IMG/VR virus record: IMGVR_UViG_3300046501_000552
Coordinates: 1-64,000 of that record
DNA: 64,000 nt
Strand: one strand, 5' to 3'
DNA from: an uncultured virus (IMG/VR IMGVR_UViG_3300046501_000552)
Taxonomy: Duplodnaviria; Heunggongvirae; Uroviricota; Caudoviricetes
The number at the start of each line of letters is the position of its first letter. The first letter of the stretch is position 1. The position numbers were made by a program, and so were the translations under genes. Positions 45,777 through 55,089 of the stretch are shown here, piece by piece. The notes below the pieces were generated by a model that saw nothing but the letters and a program-made list of their open reading frames with translations, did no database searches and was not told the DNA's origin.

Positions 45777-47606
45777 ATGGCATTGAATTTGAATGACCTC
45801 GCTTACCCGTTTGATCCCACGGGCTCGCTTGCGTCGAACAAGATCACCAACGAGCAGCAAATCCTGACGGCGGTGAATTGGACCGATTACCAGATCATCG
45901 TGCCGCGCTGGGCGCCGTTCTTTGACGCAAGTGTGAGCCTGACCATCACGGACGCCCAAGGCAACGTCACGCCGCTACAACGCGGTAAGGACTGGTATCC
46001 GTGTTTTGAATTTATCTCCGCCTCGCGCGCCTGCGCCGCCCCCATCTGGGGTGGCATCCAGTTTGTCAATCCGCTCCTGGCTGGGGTGGTCAAGGTCAGC
46101 TATCAGACGCTCGGCGGCATGTGGACGCTGGATGAGGCAGGCGTCTCGGCCCTGCTTGCGGATCGTACAGCTAATCCGCGAATCACAGCTTGGGAGCAAG
46201 TCGTCGACCAACCGGTGATGTTCCCGGTGATCGATCACGAGTGGGATCTCGTGGACATGGTCGGGGCGACAGACCTGGTCAACGCACTCGGCGACATCGA
46301 AACCGCATTGCGTCAAACGGGTTCCACGGGCCTGGCGGCCCACTTGGCGGACTTCACCAACCCGCACCGGGTAACGGCCACGCAAGTCGGCCTGGGTAAT
46401 GTACAGAACTACGGCATCGCGCAAGCGGCTGACCTGGCAGCTGGGACGAGCAACAGCGTCTACATTACGCCGGGTGGCGTGACGACGATGATGAACGCGG
46501 GTCCGAATGCAGCGATTGCTGCGCACGCGGCACGTACTGACAACCCGCATGCGACCACCGCGCATGAAGTAGGAGCGTACACGCAAGCGGAAGTCGATCA
46601 GCTGCTATCGGGCTATACGCCTTCCGGCGGATCGGCAGCAGATTCGCTGCTCTTTGACGGCATGGATGCAACGACCTATCGGGACTGGGCACTCTCCACC
46701 GGCGTGGCTTCGAACTCGTCGAAGTTTGGCGGTCAAACCCCGGCTGACTTCACGGCCGCTGTGCTCGGCGGGACTGCTGCGAACGCCAATCAGCTCGCAG
46801 GCCATACCTACGCCCAAGTGCTCTCGGATGCGTTGGCGGGTAAAGCGGCCGACACGTTTGAATTTAACGGCATGGACCCTGCCACGTTTGCGGCGTGGGT
46901 GCTCAACAATGGTGCCGCTTCGAACGCGTTGAAAGTTAACGGCATGACCCCGGCGGACTTTGCGACCTGGGTGCTGAATAACAACGGTCCGGCGGCAGAC
47001 TCCAGCATGCTCGGCGGTTACACGCTTGCGCAGGTGTTGGCCCAAGCCGGTTCGGGCGCAGGCACGGCCTTTGCTCCGCAGGTGCTCTTTAATCCGACCA
47101 GCAGCGAAACCGGTACGGATTACTGGAGTGAGCTCGGTCAGATCCCGCTGCCGTCGGCGACCGACCCGGAACTCTCGGGCTACAACGATATTCGTTGGTT
47201 GCTCTCGGGCGGGGATTCGAATGGTCAGCTGGTGTCGGGTGCTTACCTGATCTGCTTTAACATCCGGGGACCCTCGGGCAGTCAAGTGACAATGAGCGTC
47301 ACCAACATGGTGGCGAGCGATCCGGGTGCCCAGTTTGGCTACACGATCGAGAACGTCACGGTGGGCGGCACGGCTGTCCCGACCATTCGCGTCTGGATGA
47401 AGACGGGTCCGAACCTGAACGCCTACACGGTCACGCAGCTCTCCGATGATTCGTCCAAGCTCGTGACGAATAGCCGGGTGGCGGTGGCGCCTGCCAGCAT
47501 CGTCTACGCGACGACGGATCGGTTTGCCCTGGAGTCAGAAGTCGTCAACATGGTGGACACACTGACCACATTGTTCAACCAGCTGGCCGCTTCGATTAGC
47601 AGCTGA
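45777..47606 (+). CDS. tail fibre / baseplate-attached protein
   Basis: YPFDPTG N-terminal domain shared with the next gene; H..D..NPH.VT..QVG fibre repeats; six ~24-aa internal repeats. Confidence 0.75.
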   Translation: MALNLNDLAYPFDPTGSLASNKITNEQQILTAVNWTDYQIIVPRWAPFFDASVSLTITDAQGNVTPLQRGKDWYPCFEFISASRACAAPIWGGIQFVNPLLAGVVKVSYQTLGGMWTLDEAGVSALLADRTANPRITAWEQVVDQPVMFPVIDHEWDLVDMVGATDLVNALGDIETALRQTGSTGLAAHLADFTNPHRVTATQVGLGNVQNYGIAQAADLAAGTSNSVYITPGGVTTMMNAGPNAAIAAHAARTDNPHATTAHEVGAYTQAEVDQLLSGYTPSGGSAADSLLFDGMDATTYRDWALSTGVASNSSKFGGQTPADFTAAVLGGTAANANQLAGHTYAQVLSDALAGKAADTFEFNGMDPATFAAWVLNNGAASNALKVNGMTPADFATWVLNNNGPAADSSMLGGYTLAQVLAQAGSGAGTAFAPQVLFNPTSSETGTDYWSELGQIPLPSATDPELSGYNDIRWLLSGGDSNGQLVSGAYLICFNIRGPSGSQVTMSVTNMVASDPGAQFGYTIENVTVGGTAVPTIRVWMKTGPNLNAYTVTQLSDDSSKLVTNSRVAVAPASIVYATTDRFALESEVVNMVDTLTTLFNQLAASISS

Positions 47607-47696
47607 TAAATAGCGCGATGCAACACACCTCTGGCTGGGGTCATCCTGGCCAGAGGTGATTGTGTCGTTCGGACAAGATTAGGAGTTAGTAAACAA

Positions 47697-49190
47697 ATGA
47701 CGCCGCTTCTCATTCGGTATCCGCTGGACCCGACGGGCGTAAGCCCTAACAATCTGGTCACGGGCGAAATTCAAAACCTGACCGCTAACCGTAATGTGCG
47801 CGCAATCGCGCCGTTCTACGGAGCCTTCTTTACCGAGTCGCTGGTCATCACGGACATGGCGACCAACCAGCCGCTCACCACCAGCCAGTACTATGCAGCA
47901 GAAATGTACGAGCTGCCGACCGCGCGTTACGGTAAGGAGATCTGTGCGGTCATCCTGATCACCGACCCCACGGTCAGCAATCAGGTGTCGCTGCAGTATC
48001 AAACGCTCGGTGGTCCGTACGGTACCTCCGCGCAAGCGATTATCCAGCAGATCGAAAACCTGCAACTGGATACCCGGCCGGTGGCCTGGGGTGATATCCT
48101 GGGTCGTCCGAGCGCGTTCCCGCCTGCGTTCCACTTGCACGACATTGGTGACGTGTACGGCTTCGAGTACTTGGTGCATGCGATTGACCGTCTGCGCGAC
48201 GCGATTGAAGTGGGCGATAGTGCTCAGTACGATCAGATTTACGCGTACATCGATCACGTGCAGCAAGTGCTGCAAGCGGAAATCGATTCGGGTAATACTG
48301 CTTTCAACGCCCACTTGACGGACTTCAACAATCCGCACAAGGTCAGTGCTGCACAGCTGAACGTCTACACCAAGCCGCAGGCCGATGCGATCACCACGCC
48401 GATCAATACGGCCGTGACCAATCACATCGCCAACCGGAACAACCCGCACGGCGTGACAGTCGCGCAGCTCAATACGTACGATGGCCCGACCATCGACACG
48501 AAGATCGCCAACGCGACCAATGCCGTGAAGATCGGTTTCACGCCGGTGCAGCAAGGCGGTGGGGCCAATCAGGGCAGCAACAAGATCTATCTGGGCTGGG
48601 ATGGTTCGCGCTTGCGCCTGCAGGTGGACTCGACCGACATCGGTGGCATCGTGTCGTACAGCGAGCTGCAATCGAACGTCAGCAATCTGCAGAACCAGAT
48701 CAATGCGCGGGTGGTGATCGGTAACACGATCGCTTACACGGGGATTAACCAGTCGGTGAGCTTCTGGGACGTCACAGCCAACGGCACGCTGTACTCGGCC
48801 CATGACATCTGGGCCTTCTGGTCCGATGAACGCCTGAAAGAGAACATTCGTCAGATCGAGCTGCCGTTGGAGAAGATCCGTCAGCTGATGGGTATTCTCT
48901 ACACCCACAACCAGCTTGCGCATGACCTCACGGGTTGCGATACCGAAACCGAGCATATGGGTCTGCTCGCGCAGCAAGTCTTCGCCGTGTGTCCGCAGTT
49001 GGTCGGCCCAGCACCGTTTGACCTGGTCTACGACGACGAGGGTAACGTGATTCCGGGCGTGTCGAAGTCGGGTGAGTTCTACATCACGATCAAGTACGAT
49101 AAGCTCGTGGCCTTGCTGGTCGAAGGGGTCAAGGCTCTGGACGGTCAGGTGCGGGATCACGAAGCGCGCTTGCAAGCACTGGGGGTGTAA
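47697..49190 (+). CDS. tail fibre with C-terminal intramolecular chaperone (peptidase S74-like)
   Basis: YPLDPTG N-domain, NPH repeats, FTPVQQGGG motif, then WSDERLKENI...GLLAQ...Y..L..LLVEGVKAL. Confidence 0.85.
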   Translation: MTPLLIRYPLDPTGVSPNNLVTGEIQNLTANRNVRAIAPFYGAFFTESLVITDMATNQPLTTSQYYAAEMYELPTARYGKEICAVILITDPTVSNQVSLQYQTLGGPYGTSAQAIIQQIENLQLDTRPVAWGDILGRPSAFPPAFHLHDIGDVYGFEYLVHAIDRLRDAIEVGDSAQYDQIYAYIDHVQQVLQAEIDSGNTAFNAHLTDFNNPHKVSAAQLNVYTKPQADAITTPINTAVTNHIANRNNPHGVTVAQLNTYDGPTIDTKIANATNAVKIGFTPVQQGGGANQGSNKIYLGWDGSRLRLQVDSTDIGGIVSYSELQSNVSNLQNQINARVVIGNTIAYTGINQSVSFWDVTANGTLYSAHDIWAFWSDERLKENIRQIELPLEKIRQLMGILYTHNQLAHDLTGCDTETEHMGLLAQQVFAVCPQLVGPAPFDLVYDDEGNVIPGVSKSGEFYITIKYDKLVALLVEGVKALDGQVRDHEARLQALGV

Positions 49191-49193
49191 ACC

Positions 49194-49703
49194 ATGACGA
49201 TGCAATCCTCTGGCGCGATCAGTATCGGACAGGCGATGGCAGAGTGTGGGATTGGCCAGCAGCAGTACGACGCAGCTGGCGTACCGATCTCGATGCTCGC
49301 AGGCGTGGGTTCGGGGGCGCAATACGCCTGGTCGTATTGGTACGGAAAGTCGAACCTGACCACCTACAACAATGCGCTCTTTGCCCAGTACGCGATGTAC
49401 ATTGACCGCAACGGTTATCTGTCGCTTAACTTCCGTACCGGAGCGTATAACGGGTATGGCTTTAACGGGGATCACGGCCCGCATTTGTCGTTCTGTAATT
49501 TGCAGATGGCGCCGATTGATAAGATCGCGCAGTACCGCACCGTGCAGTGTACGCCGCAAAAGTACGCCGGTCGTTCGAACGTGTCGTTGCAACAAGCACC
49601 GAACGCAAGCAACGACTGGACGGCCATCTTCTACAACGACGATAACCCTTGGGGTGGTGCGACCGATGTCGGGGTGAATGTACTGATCACCGCGATTCCT
49701 TAA
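49194..49703 (+). CDS. putative fibre-tip adhesin / receptor-binding protein
   Basis: MTMQSSGAISIG...S.WYGKSN N-terminus typical of small proteins following tail fibres. Confidence 0.55.
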   Translation: MTMQSSGAISIGQAMAECGIGQQQYDAAGVPISMLAGVGSGAQYAWSYWYGKSNLTTYNNALFAQYAMYIDRNGYLSLNFRTGAYNGYGFNGDHGPHLSFCNLQMAPIDKIAQYRTVQCTPQKYAGRSNVSLQQAPNASNDWTAIFYNDDNPWGGATDVGVNVLITAIP

Positions 49704-49712
49704 GGACTCACG

Positions 49713-50162
49713 ATGAAGCTTAATCTGAACCAACCCGCTGCGCAGATTCTGTTGGATCTGATCTGGCGCAGTAACGGCCTCTGGTTGCAACAGGACTACA
49801 TGGAGTTCGGCACGCCGGTGGCGATCGGCAATGCAGCTTCCTGTGGTCCGGATACCTTGATTACGGTCACTGCTGACCAGATCGAGGATAACCGCTTCGA
49901 AGGCAGTCAGCAGATTCTGTATCGACGCTTGCCGCTGGATGAAGTGTTGCTGCCTGCAGTGTCGTTGACGGTCGCAGCTTTGCCGTTTAACCTCGTCGAT
50001 CTGCTCCCGGCGATCAATCAAGCCTATCAGCTGCAACTCACCGCAGCCGATATCGTGAATACCCAGTATGCGGACCTCACCCAGCCTGTCGTACTGGCTG
50101 CTGCGCCTGAATCGCTCTGTTATAGCGGCCAAGTGCAACTGACCGTCGTAACGGTACCTTAG
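49713..50162 (+). CDS. hypothetical (tail-associated) protein
   Basis: 149 aa, AAGGA Shine-Dalgarno, last gene of the fibre operon. Confidence 0.65.
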   Translation: MKLNLNQPAAQILLDLIWRSNGLWLQQDYMEFGTPVAIGNAASCGPDTLITVTADQIEDNRFEGSQQILYRRLPLDEVLLPAVSLTVAALPFNLVDLLPAINQAYQLQLTAADIVNTQYADLTQPVVLAAAPESLCYSGQVQLTVVTVP

Positions 50163-50176
50163 AAGCCTTCAGTTAA

Positions 50177-50242
50177 CGTCATAGAGGCCTTTCCCGCCCC
50201 TCGCAACCATGAGGGTAGGGAAAGGCCTTATGCCGCTATGAC
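50177..50242. terminator. bidirectional hairpin flanked by CGTCATA / TATGCCG
   Basis: AGGCCTTTCCC..CCCTC...GAGGG..GGGAAAGGCCT, then TATGCCG and CTATGAC. Confidence 0.75.
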
Positions 50243-50278
50243 AACGCCTCTGAGAGGCTCTCAGTGCGTTTACTGCAT

Positions 50279-52162
50279 TTACTGCGCTTGGGCTTCGAGC
50301 TTACGCTTGTCCTGATCGTTCTCCGGCGGAATCTCATCGGTCTCGGCCTTGGACGGCACGTTCGCTACCCCTGCTTGTTCACCATTGGCTTGGTCGATGT
50401 CTTCGCCCGAACCATTGTTGCCTTCAGCGGTCCCCGAGGTGGAAGTCGGTACGGTACCTTCTTCACTGGCCGGGTCAGTCGCATCCGCGCTGGTCAAATC
50501 CAGTGCGTCGTCGTCCGTGCCCGTGGTGCCTGCACCGTCTGCCAGTTCACCACCCAGTCCATCACCGGTGCCTGCACCGTTCTCGTCCGGGTTGGTGCCA
50601 TCAGTCGCACCTGTGACGTTGCCGCCATTGGCGGTTTCTTCGCCTGCCCCTTCCGGATTGTCTTGGTCATCGGGCTTCATCATCGACGGGTCCCCAGCGG
50701 GGTTATCGATGAGGTCCACCGGCACCTTGCCATCTTCGGTCGGATCGAGCTTGCCTTGGGATTCGGCTTCGGCCTTCTTCTGTTGCTGAATGGCTTCGAC
50801 TTTATCTTCGGTTTGCTCTTGGGTCTGTTCTTCCTGTTGTTCTTGTTGCTCTTCAGGCGTAGATGCCGTGGAGCTATTGTCCTCAACAGGCGCTTCGTTC
50901 CCGGCTTGCGGCTTGGTTGCCAACTCATCCGGCGTGTCGCTAGGCGCGCTCACATCCGGCTGCTCAGGTTGCTCCAGTGGCGTACCCTCGGCTTGAGCGG
51001 CTTCGGCTTCGGGCTGTTCAGCTTGCGCCGGAGCTTCGTTCGGCGCAGGCGTCTGCGCAACGGTGGAATCGACCTGGGCCGGTTCTTCAGCTTGAGCCTG
51101 TTGCGGCAGTTCAGCCGTTACGGGTTCTTGCACTTCCGGTTCCGGTTGCACCTGCAGGTTATCCGGAATACCTTGATTGAGCGCCTGATCCAGTTGCTGC
51201 TGGGGATTCTGCGCCGTCGACGCAGCGGGCCGGGGTGCGATGTCTTGCACTGCCGGGGCCGGTGCTTCATCGCTCGCACTGGTGTGGGTGTCGAGCTGTT
51301 GCGGTTCGGCCGTATCGTTGGGCAAAGCCGGAACCGCGGTCGCGAGACCCTGATCACCTGCGCTCGTCGAACCGACGGCTGGCGCTGCGTCCCCGCGCGG
51401 CAAGAACTGGTTCTTGAGCAGGAAGAACTGATCGTAGAGCTGGGTGATCTGGTTCTGTACTTCCCCGCCCCCAGTGCGACCGTAGCCTTCGGGCAGAATC
51501 ACGTCTTCCAGTGGAATCGGAAACTCAGGAATCGGCTGTTCGCGGTTCTGCACTTCCAGATCGATCTTGCACCACTCGAAGAACCCGTCGCCATCGGGCT
51601 TGGGGAACATGTCGATTTCCCACTTCAGGTTCGTGCCGATGATCGGGAAGGTGTAGCGCACCTTGCGCATGCCTTGGGCGGCGAGGAACTTGAAGATGGT
51701 GAACTCGTCCTTATTGGACGGCATGGGCAACTCAATCTTGTCGCCCTTTTCGTTCATCACGACTTTCGAGGTACGGACGAACGAGGCTTCTTCTTCCTTG
51801 CCATCGAGCCAGGTCTTGCGCACGCGCATCGAGCCCTTCCCGGCGATCTTCTCGGTCTTCTCGATCCGGATTTCCCACTGTTCCTGGTTTTCCTTCGACG
51901 CAGCCTGCTCGAGGTCAGAGAAGTTCACCACGCGCGCGTAGATCGTGTGCTCGATTTCGTTGACCGGCTGACCATTGGCGATTTCTTCCATGGCCAGATA
52001 GGGTCGACCAATCGGGTTGTGCTCGATCACGACAGGCGGGCTCGGATACAGGTGACCGAACTCCTTGCGAAATGACATGATCAACGCGTCTTCATGCGAA
52101 GGCGGTTGGTTCACGTTGATAAACGCATTCTCGAGGGCCAGTCGCATCAGTTGACGGCGCAT
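50279..52162 (-). CDS. CYTH/triphosphate-tunnel-like protein with long acidic disordered tail
   Basis: Start ATG 52162 (GGAG Shine-Dalgarno); EIEH...MRVRK...TSK...IEL...KVRY...WEIDMF...IDLEV follow CYTH motif order; roughly 370 aa of Q/E/D/P/G/T-rich tail. Confidence 0.7.
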   Translation of the reverse strand: MRRQLMRLALENAFINVNQPPSHEDALIMSFRKEFGHLYPSPPVVIEHNPIGRPYLAMEEIANGQPVNEIEHTIYARVVNFSDLEQAASKENQEQWEIRIEKTEKIAGKGSMRVRKTWLDGKEEEASFVRTSKVVMNEKGDKIELPMPSNKDEFTIFKFLAAQGMRKVRYTFPIIGTNLKWEIDMFPKPDGDGFFEWCKIDLEVQNREQPIPEFPIPLEDVILPEGYGRTGGGEVQNQITQLYDQFFLLKNQFLPRGDAAPAVGSTSAGDQGLATAVPALPNDTAEPQQLDTHTSASDEAPAPAVQDIAPRPAASTAQNPQQQLDQALNQGIPDNLQVQPEPEVQEPVTAELPQQAQAEEPAQVDSTVAQTPAPNEAPAQAEQPEAEAAQAEGTPLEQPEQPDVSAPSDTPDELATKPQAGNEAPVEDNSSTASTPEEQQEQQEEQTQEQTEDKVEAIQQQKKAEAESQGKLDPTEDGKVPVDLIDNPAGDPSMMKPDDQDNPEGAGEETANGGNVTGATDGTNPDENGAGTGDGLGGELADGAGTTGTDDDALDLTSADATDPASEEGTVPTSTSGTAEGNNGSGEDIDQANGEQAGVANVPSKAETDEIPPENDQDKRKLEAQAQ

Positions 52163-52190
52163 TGTATTACTCCAATTGTTACACGCTGGT

Positions 52191-52682
52191 TTACTCTTCT
52201 CCGCCAGTGATGACGGTAAGCACTTCTTTGGCAGTGTGCCAGAGTGCGACCAGAGCGGGGTTGTTGGCAGCATGACCTTCACGGATGGCGACCATCGCCG
52301 TAGCCCCGGTCACGATCAGGATGACAGCCGCGGCGAGCAGAAAGGCTCCCTTCATGAAGAAGATCTTCAGCTTGTGCTCTTCCTGATCCTCCGTCTCGGC
52401 CTCCGGCTTCGGTACTGGGGCACCCGGCAGGGGACCAGGAAGCTCACCGCTTGCTTGCAGGTACACATACAGCAGTTCGACTTGGTCTTCGGAGTCCATC
52501 GCGAGAATGGCCTCCTTCAACTCTCGTCCGGTTGACAGAGGTGTCATGTTCGGTAGTTCATCGACATGCGCAACCTTCTTGTTGTAGGCTTCTACCAAGA
52601 CATCCACCGGCAGACGTCCTGGCTTGTGATCCGAAACCGCTCGCGTGTCGCTGATCCCCTTAAGGACGCGTTCCACTAACAT
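52191..52682 (-). CDS. membrane protein (holin/antiholin candidate)
   Basis: ATG 52682; C-terminal TM helix GAFLLAAAVILIVTGATAMVAI; directly after the spanin-like pair. Confidence 0.55.
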   Translation of the reverse strand: MLVERVLKGISDTRAVSDHKPGRLPVDVLVEAYNKKVAHVDELPNMTPLSTGRELKEAILAMDSEDQVELLYVYLQASGELPGPLPGAPVPKPEAETEDQEEHKLKIFFMKGAFLLAAAVILIVTGATAMVAIREGHAANNPALVALWHTAKEVLTVITGGEE

Positions 52683-52992
52683 TGCTTGCCCCTTGCGGAG
52701 ATGCCGCAAAGACGGCGTTGTTCTGTGTTTTCCAGTCCTGCAAGGAACTGATGTGACGATTGGCCGTGGCAACGTTTGCCGTTTGCGCATCGTACTTCGA
52801 TTCCCACAGGTCGCTGCGCTGCTTCCAGGAGAGCGTGCCATAGCTCGTTTGATCAGGCGGGGCTTCCACCGTGGCCTTCACAAGCAGTGCGTCGGGTGGC
52901 GCGACGTACAGGTTCTTCAGTTCCGGTACACCGGTTTGTGCACACCCCGCCAGGCTTGCTGTCACCAGCACAGCCAGGATTGTCTTTTTCAT
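52660..52992 (-). CDS. outer-membrane spanin (Rz1-like lipoprotein)
   Basis: MKKTILAVLVTASLAG-C lipobox; YVAPPDALL Pro-rich motif. Confidence 0.7.
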   Translation of the reverse strand: MKKTILAVLVTASLAGCAQTGVPELKNLYVAPPDALLVKATVEAPPDQTSYGTLSWKQRSDLWESKYDAQTANVATANRHISSLQDWKTQNNAVFAASPQGASNVSGTRP

Positions 52993-53008
52993 GATGGTCT
53001 CTCGCTTC

Positions 53009-53554
53009 TTACTGAGCTTGCGGCAGTGCTGTGCACTTGGCATCAGCGTTGTCAATGGCCGCACAATACTTCATCCAACTCCCCGTGAGCTGAACGGCAC
53101 TTACTTCGGCGTCACGCCCCACGGGCACAACGTCACCGGCTTGATCACTGGTAATGGTCTTGACCGGCACAACTGGTTTAGGCTTAACTGTGTTCGAGGG
53201 CGTGCTTGTCGCCGACGTCGCCGGAGCGACAACACTTGTCGTCGGATTGGCGTACTTCGAATCGATCTGCTTGGTCTGGTCTGCGACCCAGGCGTCGATC
53301 TTGCTACCCGTGGCAGCCGCTGCTTGATCGGCCTTCACCGACGAAGCCACCACCGCATCGGTCACTGCAGCGGTACTCGCCTGCTGAACGATCGTGGTTG
53401 CCTGGCCTTTGATGACCACAGCGTCTGAACCGATCTTCTGGTTATCACTGAGCACGGTGTGATACTCGTGCACCGCGAACCAGCCGAGCAGTCCGATAAC
53501 CGCGATAATTGCTGCCCCGATCGCGAGTTTGATTTGCCATGTGAGGGTGCTCAT
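53009..53554 (-). CDS. inner-membrane spanin (Rz-like)
   Basis: N-terminal TM LAIGAAIIAVIGLLGWFAV, Ala-rich periplasmic helix, two C-terminal Cys; upstream of the lipoprotein. Confidence 0.65.
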   Translation of the reverse strand: MSTLTWQIKLAIGAAIIAVIGLLGWFAVHEYHTVLSDNQKIGSDAVVIKGQATTIVQQASTAAVTDAVVASSVKADQAAAATGSKIDAWVADQTKQIDSKYANPTTSVVAPATSATSTPSNTVKPKPVVPVKTITSDQAGDVVPVGRDAEVSAVQLTGSWMKYCAAIDNADAKCTALPQAQ

Positions 53555-54129
53555 CTGTGTTGCTCCCGTAGGATTTTAAGTCGACAGTACGCCACGGCGA
53601 GCGCGTCGATCGAGTGCTCATCCAGCATCTCAAGCGCAACCGGTCCGTTATAGTTTAAATCCGGTAGACGCATCAGTGCTGCCTTGACTTCATCCTTCTT
53701 GGCGTGTGAGGTTGCCCCCACGGCCTTCTTGACGCTGGGCGGGTCGATCATAAAGAGCGACAGCCAGCAGTCGTATCGCCATAAGGCACTCCGGATCGCA
53801 TCGACAGTCTCTGTCAATGCGCCGTATGCCTGAGGTCGAAATTGACTGTAAAACGGAGACTCTGATGCAACCAGGTTAGGACGGTAATACTCGAAGATTT
53901 CCACCAGGTTATCTTCGTGGGCTGCAATACGCTCAGCCCGTGCACCATGGGTGTCGCCAAACCAGGTGTCTTTCGCCAGTTTCGACCCGACGAAAGTAAA
54001 CGCAGTGCTCTCGATGATTTCGAGCTTCACTACGTCTACTCTCAAGGCACCCATTCCAAGTGTCTCGCTCCCAGGGTCGATACCGACGATGCATCCGATG
54101 GGGGATGCACCTTCCGGTATTACTAACAT
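53551..54129 (-). CDS. ruvC: RuvC-like Holliday junction resolvase
   Basis: IVGIDPGS..LG, ESPF, P.SVKKAVG...AKKDEV, DEHSIDALAVA. Confidence 0.9.
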   Translation of the reverse strand: MLVIPEGASPIGCIVGIDPGSETLGMGALRVDVVKLEIIESTAFTFVGSKLAKDTWFGDTHGARAERIAAHEDNLVEIFEYYRPNLVASESPFYSQFRPQAYGALTETVDAIRSALWRYDCWLSLFMIDPPSVKKAVGATSHAKKDEVKAALMRLPDLNYNGPVALEMLDEHSIDALAVAYCRLKILREQHR

Positions 54130-54138
54130 GCCTTAGCC

Positions 54139-55023
54139 TCAGCTGGTGGTAGTCTGCGAACCCGATGTCGTGCCCGTCCCGGAGGTGAGCTTGTACAGGG
54201 GTTCCACCGCGCCACAGTCGACCACGTTCTCGACGCCGTCCTGGCTAAAGTTCAGCGCATAGAAGGTGTTGATAAACGTGTCCACTTGCGCGGCGATGAC
54301 TTCCTTGAAGTTGAACGTGGGTTGCCCCGACCCACCCACTGCAATGACCTTGTCCACGCCGGAGACCAGCGCAATTTCGGAAACGATCGCAGCGTTCGGA
54401 TCACCATAAATGATGTTAGCGACGTTCAAAATTTCCGTGACGTCATCGGCGGTGAGCGTAATCGGTACCGGCGCCGAGGCCATTACGTAGTCGCCAGTGG
54501 CCACATTCACGCCGGTGGGCGAGAGGGCTTGCGGGTTCGGATTCAGATTCGACGTATCGGGCTGGAACGGCGTGGTGGTGACCGAGCCATCCGCATTAAC
54601 CGTCTTGTACTGCATCGAAACCGCTACACCCGTAAAGTCGATGCGCTTCAGGTAGTAGGCGATGTAGTTGACGCCGTTGTGCGTTTCCGCCACGCGCAGA
54701 CCGTACGCGGCTTGTTGGGCCGACGTCAAATCGTTGGTGGGTTCACGCAGCACGAACGGCAGGTGGTTGTAGAGCGCTGCGTCGGTCGTCAAGTGCTGGA
54801 TCGGCTCAGGGATGTACAACCCATTGGTGATGTTCAGCTTGTGACCACCATTACCGATCGCAAAGTAACGGCAGGTCGGCAGCACCCCGGAGTTGGGCAG
54901 AACGCCCGGCTGCACTTGAAACTTTTCATTCAGCGTGCTGTTGGTAGCCAGTGCAAACGGCAGCCCCAAGAGCTGGCACGACTGCAGATAGCTGCCGTAC
55001 ACGGTGCGTACGATATTGTCCAT
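54139..55023 (-). CDS. putative virion structural (baseplate) protein
   Basis: 294 aa; YFAIGNGGH, LPFVLR, YYLKRID motifs; structural operon. Confidence 0.65.
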   Translation of the reverse strand: MDNIVRTVYGSYLQSCQLLGLPFALATNSTLNEKFQVQPGVLPNSGVLPTCRYFAIGNGGHKLNITNGLYIPEPIQHLTTDAALYNHLPFVLREPTNDLTSAQQAAYGLRVAETHNGVNYIAYYLKRIDFTGVAVSMQYKTVNADGSVTTTPFQPDTSNLNPNPQALSPTGVNVATGDYVMASAPVPITLTADDVTEILNVANIIYGDPNAAIVSEIALVSGVDKVIAVGGSGQPTFNFKEVIAAQVDTFINTFYALNFSQDGVENVVDCGAVEPLYKLTSGTGTTSGSQTTTS

Positions 55024-55089
55024 TCTCTTACCTGAAAAAGGGTGTCACAGATTACTTAATCACACTATTTGCGATCAATTGGCCCGTGC

